This document shows, in pieces, positions 7,758-17,755 of a stretch of 64,000 nucleotides of DNA. Every line of letters starts with the position of its first letter. Position 1 is the stretch's first letter. Below the pieces are notes generated by a model that saw only the letters and a list, made by a program, of their open reading frames with translations, was not told the origin of the DNA and searched no databases. Position numbers and translations under genes: made by a program. The stretch is taken from assembly GCF_047607465.1 (NCBI RefSeq), contig NZ_JASGCY010000061.1:15541-79540 (forward strand), in the 5' to 3' direction. Source of the stretch: Microbacterium sp. GTDB lineage: Bacteria; Actinomycetota; Actinomycetes; Actinomycetales; Microbacteriaceae.

Positions 7758-10700
7758 ATGCACTTCGGCCACAAGGCCCTCGAACTCGCCAACCGTGAGT
7801 TCCCGGCATCCGCCGTCGGCGCTGCCATGAAGCTCATCTCTGCTGGTGATGTCCAGCTTTTCTCCGAGCTCGCCGACACCGGGGTGCGCGAGTTCAACTA
7901 CACAGTCCTCACGGACCGTTCGATCCACGACGTCAACCTCGCGATCAATGCCGACGGCACCACCGACATCATGTGCAGTTGCGGCGCCAGTCGATGCGCA
8001 CACCTCGCCGCCGGAGTGCTGCTCGCGTTCTCCGCAGACGCGAAACCCGTACCAAGCTGGCACAAGGAGCTCGCGCCGCTCCTGCCCACGAGCACTCCTG
8101 CCCCCGAGTCGTGCCTGTTCATCACGCTCGTCGATCCCACGCGGAGCCGGTACTCCTACGGCGCCCCACGCTCACGCTACATCGGCATTCGCCCCGGCAT
8201 TCTTGGGTCCCGCGGCCTCTGGATCAAAGGGAACACATCCTGGCGGAACCCGCCGTTTCACCAGGCAACCCCGAGGCAAGCATCAGCTGTGAACCGGCTG
8301 CAACGCCTGTGGGAGTCGACCCAGGAGCACTGGTACTACGACCCGGAGTGGATCCCCCTCGGCAATCTGCCCGGCGAAGATCTCTGGGCCACGCTGATCC
8401 GGATCCGCGACAGCGGCATTCCGATCGTCTCGACGGGAAAACACCAGCATCCGCTCGTCTTCGAAGACACCCCCATCAACGTCTCGGTCACGCTCGCGCG
8501 CCACGGCTCTTCGTTGCGTCTGGCTGCCACCACCTCCGACCCACCTGCTCCCGACGGCAGCCAGACGATCTGGCTCGGCGAACCTCATGCGGTACGAGCG
8601 CGAGTCATCGACGCAGGCGCGCCCGGCGAGCTGATATCCCTGGCGCGCGTAGGTCATGAGATCGATCGCGTCACCTCGCACCTGCTCCAGCGCGAGGCAG
8701 CTCTCACAATCCCAGCATCCGACATCGCCAGCTTCGAGGCCGAGTTCCTCCCCCGAATCCAAGCGGGCACGACCCTCATCTCACCCGACGGCTCATACGA
8801 CCTCCCCGAGCCGCCGCGCAATGTCCTCACCTTGACGCTCCACTATGCCGACCCGCAATTGCACCTGTCGTGGCAGTGGCGACGCCCATCGGGAATAGCG
8901 GATGCTGGGCACGAGCACGCAGTGACCGAAGAGGTGAACGCCCTTCTCGCGGAACTTCCGAATGCGCCGACGGCACACGACATCCCGGCCGATCGCATCC
9001 TCGGCGCTGCCGCGAGCGTGCTGTTCGTGACCGAGATTCTTCCGAAAATCCGAGAACTCGACGACATCGAGATCATCGAGCAGTCAGCGCCGCCCGAGTA
9101 CCGAGCAGCGCGCGAGAACGCTCTCGTCAGCGCTGAGCTCGGACACTCCGGAGACTGGTTCGACCTGCACTTCACCGTCACGGTCGACGAAGAACCCGTC
9201 GACTTCGCCGACCTGTTCACGGCGCTCTCCCTCGATGACCCGATCTTCGTCCTGCCCAGCGGCACATACTTTCCCCTCGACGGCCCCGAGTTCCAGAAGC
9301 TGCGCGAGATCATCGAAGAGGCGCGAGCACTCGGCGACCGACCTGTCGCCCAGAGTGACTCCATTCGCGTGAACCGCAGCCAGCTCGACCTGTGGAACGA
9401 CCTCGCCGAGCTCGGCGTCGTCGCCGCACGCGAAGCCGAGTGGTGGCTTGCGGTGCAGAGCCTCGCCGACGGCGAAGGCGTCTCGCCCGTCGACCCGCCG
9501 TCGACGCTGCAAGCGACCCTGCGCGACTATCAACAGCTCGGCTTCTCGTGGCTGCATTTCTTACGCACACACGGGCTCGGCGGCATCCTCGCCGACGATA
9601 TGGGGCTGGGCAAGACCCTGCAGACCATCGCGATGCTCGAAACGGCGCGCGTCGAGAACCCCGACATGAAACCCTTCCTCGTCGTCGCCCCCACCAGCGT
9701 CGTCGCGAACTGGGCGAGCGAGTGCGCACGCTTCGCACCCGAGCTGAAGATCGCCATAATCACCGCGATGGAGAGCCGACGCGGAGAACGATTGGCGGAT
9801 GCTGTCGCCGGAGCGCACGTCGTCATCACCAGTTACACGCTGTTCCGCAGCGAAGCCGAACAGTATCGCGCCCTCGAATGGTCTGGGCTGATCCTCGACG
9901 AAGCACAGAGGATCAAGAATGCGGCCTCACACGGCTACCGCGCCGCCCGAGACCTGGGCGCGCCGTTCTGTCTGGTGATCACCGGCACGCCGCTGGAGAA
10001 CAACCTCGGCGAACTCTGGGCGCTCGCGGCTCTTGCTGCGCCTGGATTGCTGGGCAGCCAGAAGAAGTTCACCGAGTTCTACCGCAAGCCGATCGAGAAA
10101 CTGAAAGACGCGGATCGCCTGGCGCTTTTGCAGAGGCGCCTTCGGCCATTCCTGCTGCGGCGCACGAAAGAGCTCGTCGCCACAGAGCTGCCGCCCAAGC
10201 AAGAGCAGGTGCTCTCCATCGAGCTGCACCCGAAGCATCGCCGCCTCTACGATGTGCGATTCCAGCGCGAGAGACAGAAGGTGCTCGGTCTCGTCGATGA
10301 CGTCGAAGCGAACCGGTTCCAAATCTTCCGTTCGCTCATGCTACTGCGCCAGCTCGCCCTCGATCCGAGCCTCGTCGATGAGGGCGAAGCCCCATCCGCG
10401 AAACTCGAGGCTCTGGAAGAACTCATCGTCGAGGCCGCGGAAGAGGGCCACCGGGTCCTCGTTCTCAGCCAGTTCACCCAGTTCCTCGGCGCCGCCCGCG
10501 ACCACATCAGCGCAGCCGGCATCCCCTCGCAGTATCTCGACGGGAAAACCACGAATCGTCCGGCCGTGATCTCGCGGTTCCGCGAGGGGACGGAGCCGGT
10601 GTTTTTCGTCTCCCTTCACGCCGGAGGGGTCGGCCTCAACCTCGTCGAAGCCGACTATGTCGTGCTGCTCGACCCCTGGTGGAACCCCGCAGTCGAGGCC

Positions 10701-10901
10701 CAGGCGATCGATCGTGCTCACCGTATCGGGCAGACGCGTCCGGTGATCGTCTACCGGCTCGTGGCGAAAGACACCATCGAGCAGAAGGTGATCGCGCTGC
10801 GCGAATCGAAAGCAGAACTCTTCGCGCGCGTACTCGACGGAGAAGGCGAGTTCACACCGGGCACCCTCACTGCCGAAGACGTGCGAGGACTGCTGGGATA
10901 A
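7758..10901 (+). CDS. SNF2-family helicase with N-terminal SWIM zinc finger
   Basis: SWIM CSCGASRCAHLAAG. SNF2 motifs ILADDMGLGKTLQ, DEAQRIKN, C-terminal helicase QAIDRAHRIGQ. Start uncertain: 7758 has AGGAGA upstream; 7698 and 7578 are alternatives. Confidence 0.9.
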   Translation: MHFGHKALELANREFPASAVGAAMKLISAGDVQLFSELADTGVREFNYTVLTDRSIHDVNLAINADGTTDIMCSCGASRCAHLAAGVLLAFSADAKPVPSWHKELAPLLPTSTPAPESCLFITLVDPTRSRYSYGAPRSRYIGIRPGILGSRGLWIKGNTSWRNPPFHQATPRQASAVNRLQRLWESTQEHWYYDPEWIPLGNLPGEDLWATLIRIRDSGIPIVSTGKHQHPLVFEDTPINVSVTLARHGSSLRLAATTSDPPAPDGSQTIWLGEPHAVRARVIDAGAPGELISLARVGHEIDRVTSHLLQREAALTIPASDIASFEAEFLPRIQAGTTLISPDGSYDLPEPPRNVLTLTLHYADPQLHLSWQWRRPSGIADAGHEHAVTEEVNALLAELPNAPTAHDIPADRILGAAASVLFVTEILPKIRELDDIEIIEQSAPPEYRAARENALVSAELGHSGDWFDLHFTVTVDEEPVDFADLFTALSLDDPIFVLPSGTYFPLDGPEFQKLREIIEEARALGDRPVAQSDSIRVNRSQLDLWNDLAELGVVAAREAEWWLAVQSLADGEGVSPVDPPSTLQATLRDYQQLGFSWLHFLRTHGLGGILADDMGLGKTLQTIAMLETARVENPDMKPFLVVAPTSVVANWASECARFAPELKIAIITAMESRRGERLADAVAGAHVVITSYTLFRSEAEQYRALEWSGLILDEAQRIKNAASHGYRAARDLGAPFCLVITGTPLENNLGELWALAALAAPGLLGSQKKFTEFYRKPIEKLKDADRLALLQRRLRPFLLRRTKELVATELPPKQEQVLSIELHPKHRRLYDVRFQRERQKVLGLVDDVEANRFQIFRSLMLLRQLALDPSLVDEGEAPSAKLEALEELIVEAAEEGHRVLVLSQFTQFLGAARDHISAAGIPSQYLDGKTTNRPAVISRFREGTEPVFFVSLHAGGVGLNLVEADYVVLLDPWWNPAVEAQAIDRAHRIGQTRPVIVYRLVAKDTIEQKVIALRESKAELFARVLDGEGEFTPGTLTAEDVRGLLG

Positions 10902-10986
10902 GCACCCGGCAGATACCGACACCAGGACCAGCACCCCGGCATCCCCCCGGTAGACTGGATCAGCCCCGCCTGGCCCCGATCTTGGA

Positions 10987-13320
10987 GTGCGCGTGACCGC
11001 CCCGAACACCCCCACCTCGCACGTCCCCGACTCCGTCGAGAACGCGATCGCGACGCCCGAGAAGGAGCAGCCGTACGCGGCCCTCGGCCTCAAGGACGAC
11101 GAGTACGCGAAGATCCGCGAGATCCTCGGCCGACGCCCCACCTCGGGCGAGCTGGCGATGTACTCGGTGATGTGGTCGGAGCACTGCTCCTACAAGTCGT
11201 CCAAGAACTACCTGCGCCGGTTCGGCCAGAAGGTCTCCGACGAGATGAAAGAGCGCCTCATGGTGGGCATGGGCCAGAACGCGGGCGTCATCGACGTCGG
11301 CGAGGGCTGGGCGGTCACCTTCAAGGCCGAGTCGCACAACCACCCCTCGTTCATCGAGCCGTTCCAGGGTGCTGCGACCGGCGTCGGCGGCATCGTCCGC
11401 GACATCATCTCGATGGGCGCCCGCCCTGTGGCCGTGATGGACGCCCTCCGCTTCGGCGCGATCGACCACCCCGACACCGCCCGCGTCGTGCACGGCGTGA
11501 CCAGCGGCATCAGCTTCTACGGCAACTGCCTGGGCCTGCCGAACATCGGCGGCGAGACGGTGTTCGACGCCGTCTACCAGGCGAACCCCCTCGTCAACGC
11601 GCTCGCGGTCGGCGTGCTCCGCCACGAGGACCTCAAGCTCGCCAACGCCACCGGCGTCGGCAACAAGGTCGTCCTCTTCGGCGCGCGCACGGGCGGCGAC
11701 GGCATCGGCGGCGCCAGCATCCTCGCCTCCGACACCTTCGCCGACGGCGGACCCACCAAGCGTCCCGCCGTGCAGGTCGGCGACCCCTTCGCCGAGAAGG
11801 TGCTCATCGAGTGCTGCCTCGAGCTCTACCGCGACGAGCTCGTCGAGGCGATCCAGGACCTCGGCGCCGCCGGCATCTCCTGCGCCACCAGCGAGCTCGC
11901 CGCCAACGGCAACAGCGGCATGCACGTCTCGCTCGACAACGTGCTGCTGCGCGACCCCACCCTGACCGCTGAGGAGATCCTCATGTCGGAGTCGCAGGAG
12001 CGCATGATGGCGATCGTCGCGCCCGAGAAGCTCGACGCGTTCCTCGCCGTCGTCGGCAAGTGGGACGTCGAGACCTCGGTCCTCGGCGAGGTCACCGGCG
12101 ACGGCCGCCTCGTCATCGACTGGCAGGGCGAGCGCATCGTCGACGTCGACCCGTCGACCGTCGCCGTCGACGGCCCGGTCTACGACCGTCCTGTCGCCTA
12201 CCCGACGTGGATCGACGCGCTGCAGGCGGATGCCGCGGAGAACCTCCCCCGCTCGAGCGACCCCGATGCGCTCAAGGAGCAGTTCCTCAGCCTCATCGCC
12301 TCCCCGAACCTCGCCGACACACGCTGGATCACCAACCAGTACGACTACTACGTACTCGGCAACACCGCCCTCAGCTTCCCCGACGACGCCGGCATGATCC
12401 GCGTCGACGAGGAGTCGGGCCTGGGCTTCGCGATCTCGACGGACGCCAACGGCCGTTACTGCCAGCTCGACCCGTACGCGGGCGCGCAGCTCGCGCTGGC
12501 CGAGGCCTACCGCAACGTCGCCGTCACCGGCGCCGTGCCCACAGCGATCACCGACTGCCTGAACTTCGGCTCGCCCGAGAACCCCGAGGTCATGTGGCAG
12601 TTCGGCCAGACGGTCGACGGCCTGGCAGACGGATGCTTCGAGCTGGGCACCCCGGTCACCGGCGGCAACGTCTCGTTCTACAACCAGACCGGCGACGTGC
12701 CGATCCACCCGACACCCCTGGTCGGCGTGCTCGGCATCATCGACGACGTCTCCCGGCGCATCCCGTCTGGGTGGCAGGACGTTGGTCAGAACATCTACCT
12801 CCTCGGCACCACCTCCACCGAGCTCTCCGGATCCGCCTGGGCCGAGGTCGTGCACCAGCACCTCGGCGGCCGGCCGCCGAGGGTCGACCTCGCCGGTGAG
12901 AAGCGTCTCGCCGGGCTGCTGTCCGCCGCCCGTGACGAGTGGCTGATCTCCTCGGCGCACGACCTCTCGGAGGGCGGCCTCGCGCAGGCGCTCGCCGAGG
13001 GCGTCTCCCGCTTCGGCGTCGGCGCCCGCGTGTGGCTGAACGAGATCATCGAGCGTGACGGTGTGGATGCGGCATCCGCTCTGTTCTCCGAGTCGACCGG
13101 CCGCGTGATCGTGACCGTTCCGCGCGAGGACGACGTGAAGTTCCGCGGGCTCTGCGAGGGCCGAGGCTACCCGGTGCTGCGCATCGGCGTGACCGACAGC
13201 GAGCCGCAGCTTGAGGTGCAAGACGTCTTCACCGTACCGGTCGCCGATCTGCGCGAGCGCTCCCAGGCAACCCTGCCCGCAGCCTTCGGCCCCACCGTCG
13301 CAGAGGCAGCGAGCGCATGA
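10987..13320 (+). CDS. purL: Phosphoribosylformylglycinamidine synthase subunit PurL
   Basis: [17 protein letters not shown] and a full-length PurL-like sequence. GTG start. Confidence 0.95.
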   Translation: MRVTAPNTPTSHVPDSVENAIATPEKEQPYAALGLKDDEYAKIREILGRRPTSGELAMYSVMWSEHCSYKSSKNYLRRFGQKVSDEMKERLMVGMGQNAGVIDVGEGWAVTFKAESHNHPSFIEPFQGAATGVGGIVRDIISMGARPVAVMDALRFGAIDHPDTARVVHGVTSGISFYGNCLGLPNIGGETVFDAVYQANPLVNALAVGVLRHEDLKLANATGVGNKVVLFGARTGGDGIGGASILASDTFADGGPTKRPAVQVGDPFAEKVLIECCLELYRDELVEAIQDLGAAGISCATSELAANGNSGMHVSLDNVLLRDPTLTAEEILMSESQERMMAIVAPEKLDAFLAVVGKWDVETSVLGEVTGDGRLVIDWQGERIVDVDPSTVAVDGPVYDRPVAYPTWIDALQADAAENLPRSSDPDALKEQFLSLIASPNLADTRWITNQYDYYVLGNTALSFPDDAGMIRVDEESGLGFAISTDANGRYCQLDPYAGAQLALAEAYRNVAVTGAVPTAITDCLNFGSPENPEVMWQFGQTVDGLADGCFELGTPVTGGNVSFYNQTGDVPIHPTPLVGVLGIIDDVSRRIPSGWQDVGQNIYLLGTTSTELSGSAWAEVVHQHLGGRPPRVDLAGEKRLAGLLSAARDEWLISSAHDLSEGGLAQALAEGVSRFGVGARVWLNEIIERDGVDAASALFSESTGRVIVTVPREDDVKFRGLCEGRGYPVLRIGVTDSEPQLEVQDVFTVPVADLRERSQATLPAAFGPTVAEAASA

Positions 13321-13451
13321 CCGACGACGACGATTACGGCGACCTCGACGTCCGCCGCAACCGCCGCGTGCGCATCGTCGCCTGGACCGTCATCGTCGCC
13401 CTCATCCTCGGCGGCGGCGGCGCGACGGTCCTCGCCCTGCTCTTCGGCTGA
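13317..13451 (+). CDS. Small (44 aa) single-pass membrane protein, hypothetical
   Basis: ATG overlaps the purL stop (ATGA). [44 protein letters not shown]. Good GC3. Too short for the track. Confidence 0.45.
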   Translation: MTDDDDYGDLDVRRNRRVRIVAWTVIVALILGGGGATVLALLFG

Positions 13452-13547
13452 GTCCCGCCCGGCTGAGTCCCGCCCGTCGCACGCAGCGGGGTTGAGGAGC
13501 GGATGCCGGCACGACGAGCGCGCCGGACCGCGGGGTACATTCGAACC

Positions 13548-14567
13548 ATGCGACCCGAGCGTGCGGTGACACTGCAGGACATCGCCGATCGGCTCGGCGT
13601 GTCCCGCTCGACAGCGTCGTTCGCGATCACCGGGCGCGGTCGCGTCTCCGACGAGATGCGCCGCCGTGTGCGCGAGGTCGCCGATGAGCTGGGCTACCGG
13701 CCGAACTCCGTCGCCCGGCACCTCAAGGGTTCTCGCACCGGCATGCTCGCGCTGCGGATGCCGCCCTACACCACCACGATGTCGTACTACATGGAGGCGA
13801 CCTTCGGGATCGTCGAGGAGGCGAACGCGGCGTCGATGACCGTCATCATGCTGCCGACCGCGCAGCGCCCTGAGGCCGCCGACCAGGTTCCGGCCGACGC
13901 CGTCATCCTGCTCGACCCCGACCCCGAGGACCCCGTCGCGCGCACCCTGCTCGCCGGTCGTCTTCCGGTCATCACCGGCGAACCGGTGCCCGCCGGGCTC
14001 CCAGAGCCGCGGGCTTCGGTCACCAGCGCACACGCGGATGCGGTGCGCGAGCTCATGGATCATCTCCTCGAGCGCGGTACCCGCCGGCCGGCGATGCTGT
14101 TCCCCGAGATCCGCGGCCACTGGGCGTTCACCGTACGCGCGGCATTCGAGTCATGGTGCGCCGAGCACGGCATCCGCCCTCGGATCTCCGAGATCGCGCA
14201 TCCGGCTCCCCCCGCGCTCATCCACGCCGCCGTGTCGGAGCTCGTCGCCGACCACGGCGACGAGCCGGCCGACGCGATCGTCGCCGTCTCCGACGGCACG
14301 GTGCTCAGCGTCGTGACCAGCGCGCAGCAGCTGGGGCGAAGGGTCGGCGACGACCTGCTGGTCGCGGCGCTGGTCGACTCCGAAGTGCTCTCGCTCACGC
14401 AGCCGTCGATCACCGCGATCGACCTGCACGCGCGCGAGTTCGGGCGTCGCTGCGTTCGTGCAGCCCTCGCGGTGATGGACACGGATGCCGCAGGCGCAGC
14501 CGCCCCTCTCATCGAGATCGTGCCGGTCACCGTGCAGCGTCGCGCCTCCAGTCTCGGCGCGCGCTGA
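13548..14567 (+). CDS. LacI-family transcriptional regulator
   Basis: N-terminal HTH VTLQDIADRLGVSRSTASFAITGRG plus a periplasmic-binding-like fold. Internal ATG chosen. Confidence 0.9.
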   Translation: MRPERAVTLQDIADRLGVSRSTASFAITGRGRVSDEMRRRVREVADELGYRPNSVARHLKGSRTGMLALRMPPYTTTMSYYMEATFGIVEEANAASMTVIMLPTAQRPEAADQVPADAVILLDPDPEDPVARTLLAGRLPVITGEPVPAGLPEPRASVTSAHADAVRELMDHLLERGTRRPAMLFPEIRGHWAFTVRAAFESWCAEHGIRPRISEIAHPAPPALIHAAVSELVADHGDEPADAIVAVSDGTVLSVVTSAQQLGRRVGDDLLVAALVDSEVLSLTQPSITAIDLHAREFGRRCVRAALAVMDTDAAGAAAPLIEIVPVTVQRRASSLGAR

Positions 14568-14599
14568 CCCCTGCGGCGCCTCCGCGTCAATTGCCTCTT

Positions 14600-14630
14600 G
14601 CGTGTGCTTTATCGATATCGCTACCCTGTC
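14600..14630. promoter_or_regulatory. AT-rich patch with palindrome TATCGATA between the LacI gene and the permease; possible operator or promoter
   Basis: gtgctttatcgatatcgc stands out in a GC-rich intergenic region, about 85 bp upstream of the 14702 start. Confidence 0.25.
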
Positions 14631-14701
14631 AGCACGCCGACCCCGAGCCGGTGCATCCGTGACGACGACGCCACCCCCCTCCCCATAGCTCAGGAGCGCA
14701 C

Positions 14702-16075
14702 ATGTCCCAGCCCGAAGATTCCCTGGTCCCACCGACCGAGCTCACGGCCCAGGTCACCGAGGGGCGCTTCAAGCGCGTGCTCGGCGTGCCGTCGCTCGTG
14801 CTGTTCGGCCTCGTCTACATGGTGCCGCTCACCGCGTTCACCACCTACGGCATCGTCACCCAGCTCACCGGCGGACGCGTGGCCGCAACCTACATCATCA
14901 CGCTCGTCGCGATGGTGTTCACGGCCCGCTCCTACGCGCGGATGTCGATCGCCTATCCCTACTCCGGCTCCGCCTACGTGTACACGCAGCAGACCTTCGG
15001 CGGCGCACTGGGCTTCCTCGCCGGTTGGGCGCTGCTGCTCGACTATCTGTTCCTGCCGATGATCAACTACCTCATCATCGGGCTGTACATGGGTGCCTCG
15101 TTCCCCGGTGTCCCCACGTGGATCTGGATCGTCGGGGCGATCGCCCTGGTCAGCGTGCTGAACATCGTCGGCATCGTCTCGGTCGCCCGCGCGAACTTCG
15201 TCATCATCGCGGTGCAGACCATCTTCATCGTCGCATTCATCGCGCTGTCGATCGGTGCCGCCAGCGGGCAGGGCGTCGACCCGCTGCTGCCGTTCACCGG
15301 CAACGGCACAGTCGACGGCTTCATTCCGCTGTTCCAGGGAGCAGCGATCCTGTGCCTGTCGTTCCTCGGGTTCGACTCGGTGTCCACACTGGCCGAAGAG
15401 GCCGAAGACTCCCGTCGCACCGTCCCCCTCGCGATCATGATCGTCACCGTCAGCGCCGGCCTGGTGTTCATCCTGCTCACCTATCTCGCCCAGGTCGCCT
15501 ACCCGTCGAACGCCTTCGAATCCGCCGACACTGCGAGCCTCGAAGTCGTCGCCTCCTTCGGCCAGCAGTGGATCTCGACGCTGTTCATCGCGGGCTTCAT
15601 CGCCGGCGGCCTCGGGTCCGCCCTCACATCTCAAGCCTCTGTGGCGCGCATCCTGTTCGCGATGGGCCGCGACGGCGTGCTGCCCCGCGCGATCTTCGGC
15701 CACCTGAACAAGCGCTTCGGCACACCGGTCGTGCCGATCCTCGTCGTGTCGGTCGTCTCGCTGTACGCACTATTCGGCGACCTGCTGACGCTGTCGAACA
15801 TGATCAGCTTCGGTGCCCTGATCGCCTTCTCGTGCGTGAACCTGTCGACGATCAAGCACTACTTCGTCGACCGCGCAGAGCGCAGCGGATGGAGTGTCGT
15901 GAACAACCTCGTGCTCCCCGGCATCGGCTTCGCCCTCACGATCTGGCTGTGGACGAACCTGTCCGGAATGACCTTCATCGTCGGCCTGTCCTGGCTCGCC
16001 ATCGGATTCGTGCTGCTGCTCATCGTCACGCGCCTCTTCAGCCGCCCGACGCCAACCCTCGACCTGAAGGAGTGA
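14702..16075 (+). CDS. APC-family amino acid/polyamine permease
   Basis: About 12 predicted TM segments. APC-like N-terminus (GVPSLVLFGLVYMVPL). Confidence 0.85.
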   Translation: MSQPEDSLVPPTELTAQVTEGRFKRVLGVPSLVLFGLVYMVPLTAFTTYGIVTQLTGGRVAATYIITLVAMVFTARSYARMSIAYPYSGSAYVYTQQTFGGALGFLAGWALLLDYLFLPMINYLIIGLYMGASFPGVPTWIWIVGAIALVSVLNIVGIVSVARANFVIIAVQTIFIVAFIALSIGAASGQGVDPLLPFTGNGTVDGFIPLFQGAAILCLSFLGFDSVSTLAEEAEDSRRTVPLAIMIVTVSAGLVFILLTYLAQVAYPSNAFESADTASLEVVASFGQQWISTLFIAGFIAGGLGSALTSQASVARILFAMGRDGVLPRAIFGHLNKRFGTPVVPILVVSVVSLYALFGDLLTLSNMISFGALIAFSCVNLSTIKHYFVDRAERSGWSVVNNLVLPGIGFALTIWLWTNLSGMTFIVGLSWLAIGFVLLLIVTRLFSRPTPTLDLKE

Positions 16076-17682
16076 CCGTGGTCGACACGATCGTCGTCGG
16101 CCGGCGGGTGCGGACGCTCGCTCCCGAGACACCGGACCAAGCGGATGCCGTCGCCATCACCGCCGGGCGGATCACCGCGATCGGCCCCCGGGGCGACGTG
16201 CTCCCTCTCGCCGCCCCCGCGACCCGGGTGATCGCACACGACGAGGCGACGATCATTCCCGGCTTGGTCGACGCGCACAGCCACCCGATCTACAGCCTGG
16301 GAATCGTGCGCGGTCTCTCCCTCACCGGCGTGCACACCTACGCCGAGCTGCGCGCAGCGATCGAACGCGGACGCGCAGAACAGGAGGGCGAGGAGTGGTT
16401 CCTCGCCTGGGGCCTGGATCCCACCGCGTTCGAGGGCAGGACGATCGGCAACGCCGTGCTGCACGAGGTGCTGGGCGCCGACCGTCCCGCCTACATCAAG
16501 ATGTTCGACGCCCACTCGGCGATCGCCTCGGCATCCGCTCTCTCCCGCGCCGGCATCGACGCGCCCATCACCCACCCCGACGGCTCGGGCGCCGCAGGCG
16601 ACGCCGAGGGCAACCTCACCGGCCATCTGATCGAGTTCCCGACCATGGAGATCGTCGAGAAGACGCTGCCAGCCCACGGCTTCGACGATCGCGTGGCGCA
16701 GCTGAGCCGGTTGCTGAGCGACATGGCGGCCGTCGGCATCACGTCAGCGCACGTCATGGACCTGCAGGACGACGACGCCCTCGACCTGCTCGCGGCGATC
16801 GAGGCCTCCGGGGACCTTCCGGTGCGACTGCGGATCTCGCCCTGGGTCACCCCGCAGACGACGGATGCCGAAGTCGCCGAGCTCATCGCGCTGCAGGGTC
16901 GGGGCGGCCGGCGCTATCGCATCGAAGGCGTGAAGTTCTTCATCGACGGCACCGTCGAGGGAGGCACGGCGTGGCTGTCGAGCCCTGACTCCGAAGGAGA
17001 GGGGCTGTCGTCGACCTGGGTGCCCGCCGAGGCCTACGCCGCGCGCATCAGGCAGTTCCACCAGGCGGGCGTGCCCACGGCCACGCATGCGATCGGCGAC
17101 CGCGGCATCCGCTTCGCCGCCGAGACCCTCGCCGCCCTGCCCGCCACAGGCGTGCCGCACCGCATCGAGCACATCGAGACGGTCGATGACGACGTGATCG
17201 CCCTGATCGGGCGAAGCGGCATCATGGCCAGCATGCAGCCGACGCACTGCACCCACCACATCCGCGGCGACGGCGGCGACGACTGGTCGCGCCGGCTGGG
17301 GCCGCAGCGCGCCGCGTACGCCTGGCGCACGGCCGACGTTCGGCGCAGCGGGGCGACGCTGGCGCTCGGCTCAGACTGGCCGGTGGCGTCGTTCGACCCG
17401 TGGGAGATCATGGCGGATGCTCGGCTGCGCCGCCGGGTGTCCGTGTCGGATTCGCCCACCATCGGTGCGGAGCAGCAGCTCACCGCGACCGAGGCGATCG
17501 AGGGCTACACCACCCACGCGCACCGGTCGGTCGGCTCCGACGGCGGAGCGCTCGTCGTCGGCGCGCCCGCCGATCTCGTCGTGGTCGACCGCGATCCGCT
17601 CGCGTCCACGCCGGAGGAGCTTCTGCACGCTCGCGTGCTGCTGACCCTGGTCGACGGAGTGCCCACGCATACGGCGTCCTGA
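16072..17682 (+). CDS. Amidohydrolase (amidohydrolase_3 / YtcJ-like metal-dependent hydrolase)
   Basis: GLVDAHSHP metal motif and HAIGD. GTG start overlaps the permease stop. The upstream part of track ORF 15025..17682 is an out-of-frame overlap with the permease. Confidence 0.85.
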   Translation: MTVVDTIVVGRRVRTLAPETPDQADAVAITAGRITAIGPRGDVLPLAAPATRVIAHDEATIIPGLVDAHSHPIYSLGIVRGLSLTGVHTYAELRAAIERGRAEQEGEEWFLAWGLDPTAFEGRTIGNAVLHEVLGADRPAYIKMFDAHSAIASASALSRAGIDAPITHPDGSGAAGDAEGNLTGHLIEFPTMEIVEKTLPAHGFDDRVAQLSRLLSDMAAVGITSAHVMDLQDDDALDLLAAIEASGDLPVRLRISPWVTPQTTDAEVAELIALQGRGGRRYRIEGVKFFIDGTVEGGTAWLSSPDSEGEGLSSTWVPAEAYAARIRQFHQAGVPTATHAIGDRGIRFAAETLAALPATGVPHRIEHIETVDDDVIALIGRSGIMASMQPTHCTHHIRGDGGDDWSRRLGPQRAAYAWRTADVRRSGATLALGSDWPVASFDPWEIMADARLRRRVSVSDSPTIGAEQQLTATEAIEGYTTHAHRSVGSDGGALVVGAPADLVVVDRDPLASTPEELLHARVLLTLVDGVPTHTAS

Positions 17683-17755
17683 CACCCGCCGCCACTGGGA
17701 GAGCACAGCTTCGGAGCGGATGCCGGGCCGGGCGAGAACCCGGCCCGGCCGGGGG

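Noticed and set aside
4221-10901. DISARM- or BREX-like system (SNF2 helicase plus m5C methyltransferase)
   Set aside because: No DUF1998, PLD, PglZ or PglX-like genes are present. The methyltransferase is clearly paired with its own type II endonuclease, and the helicase is separated from it by unrelated genes.
10960-13221. 753-aa ORF on the minus strand
   Set aside because: It is entirely antisense to purL. It has an Arg/Ala/Gly/Asp-rich composition typical of out-of-frame high-GC translation, and no family motif.
15515-15535. tRNA-like T-loop motif ttcgaatcc
   Set aside because: It lies inside the permease coding frame with no flanking acceptor or anticodon stems.
15025-16071. Upstream 349 aa of ORF 15025..17682
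   Set aside because: It is an out-of-frame overlap with the APC permease gene. The amidohydrolase homology begins at the GTG at 16072.
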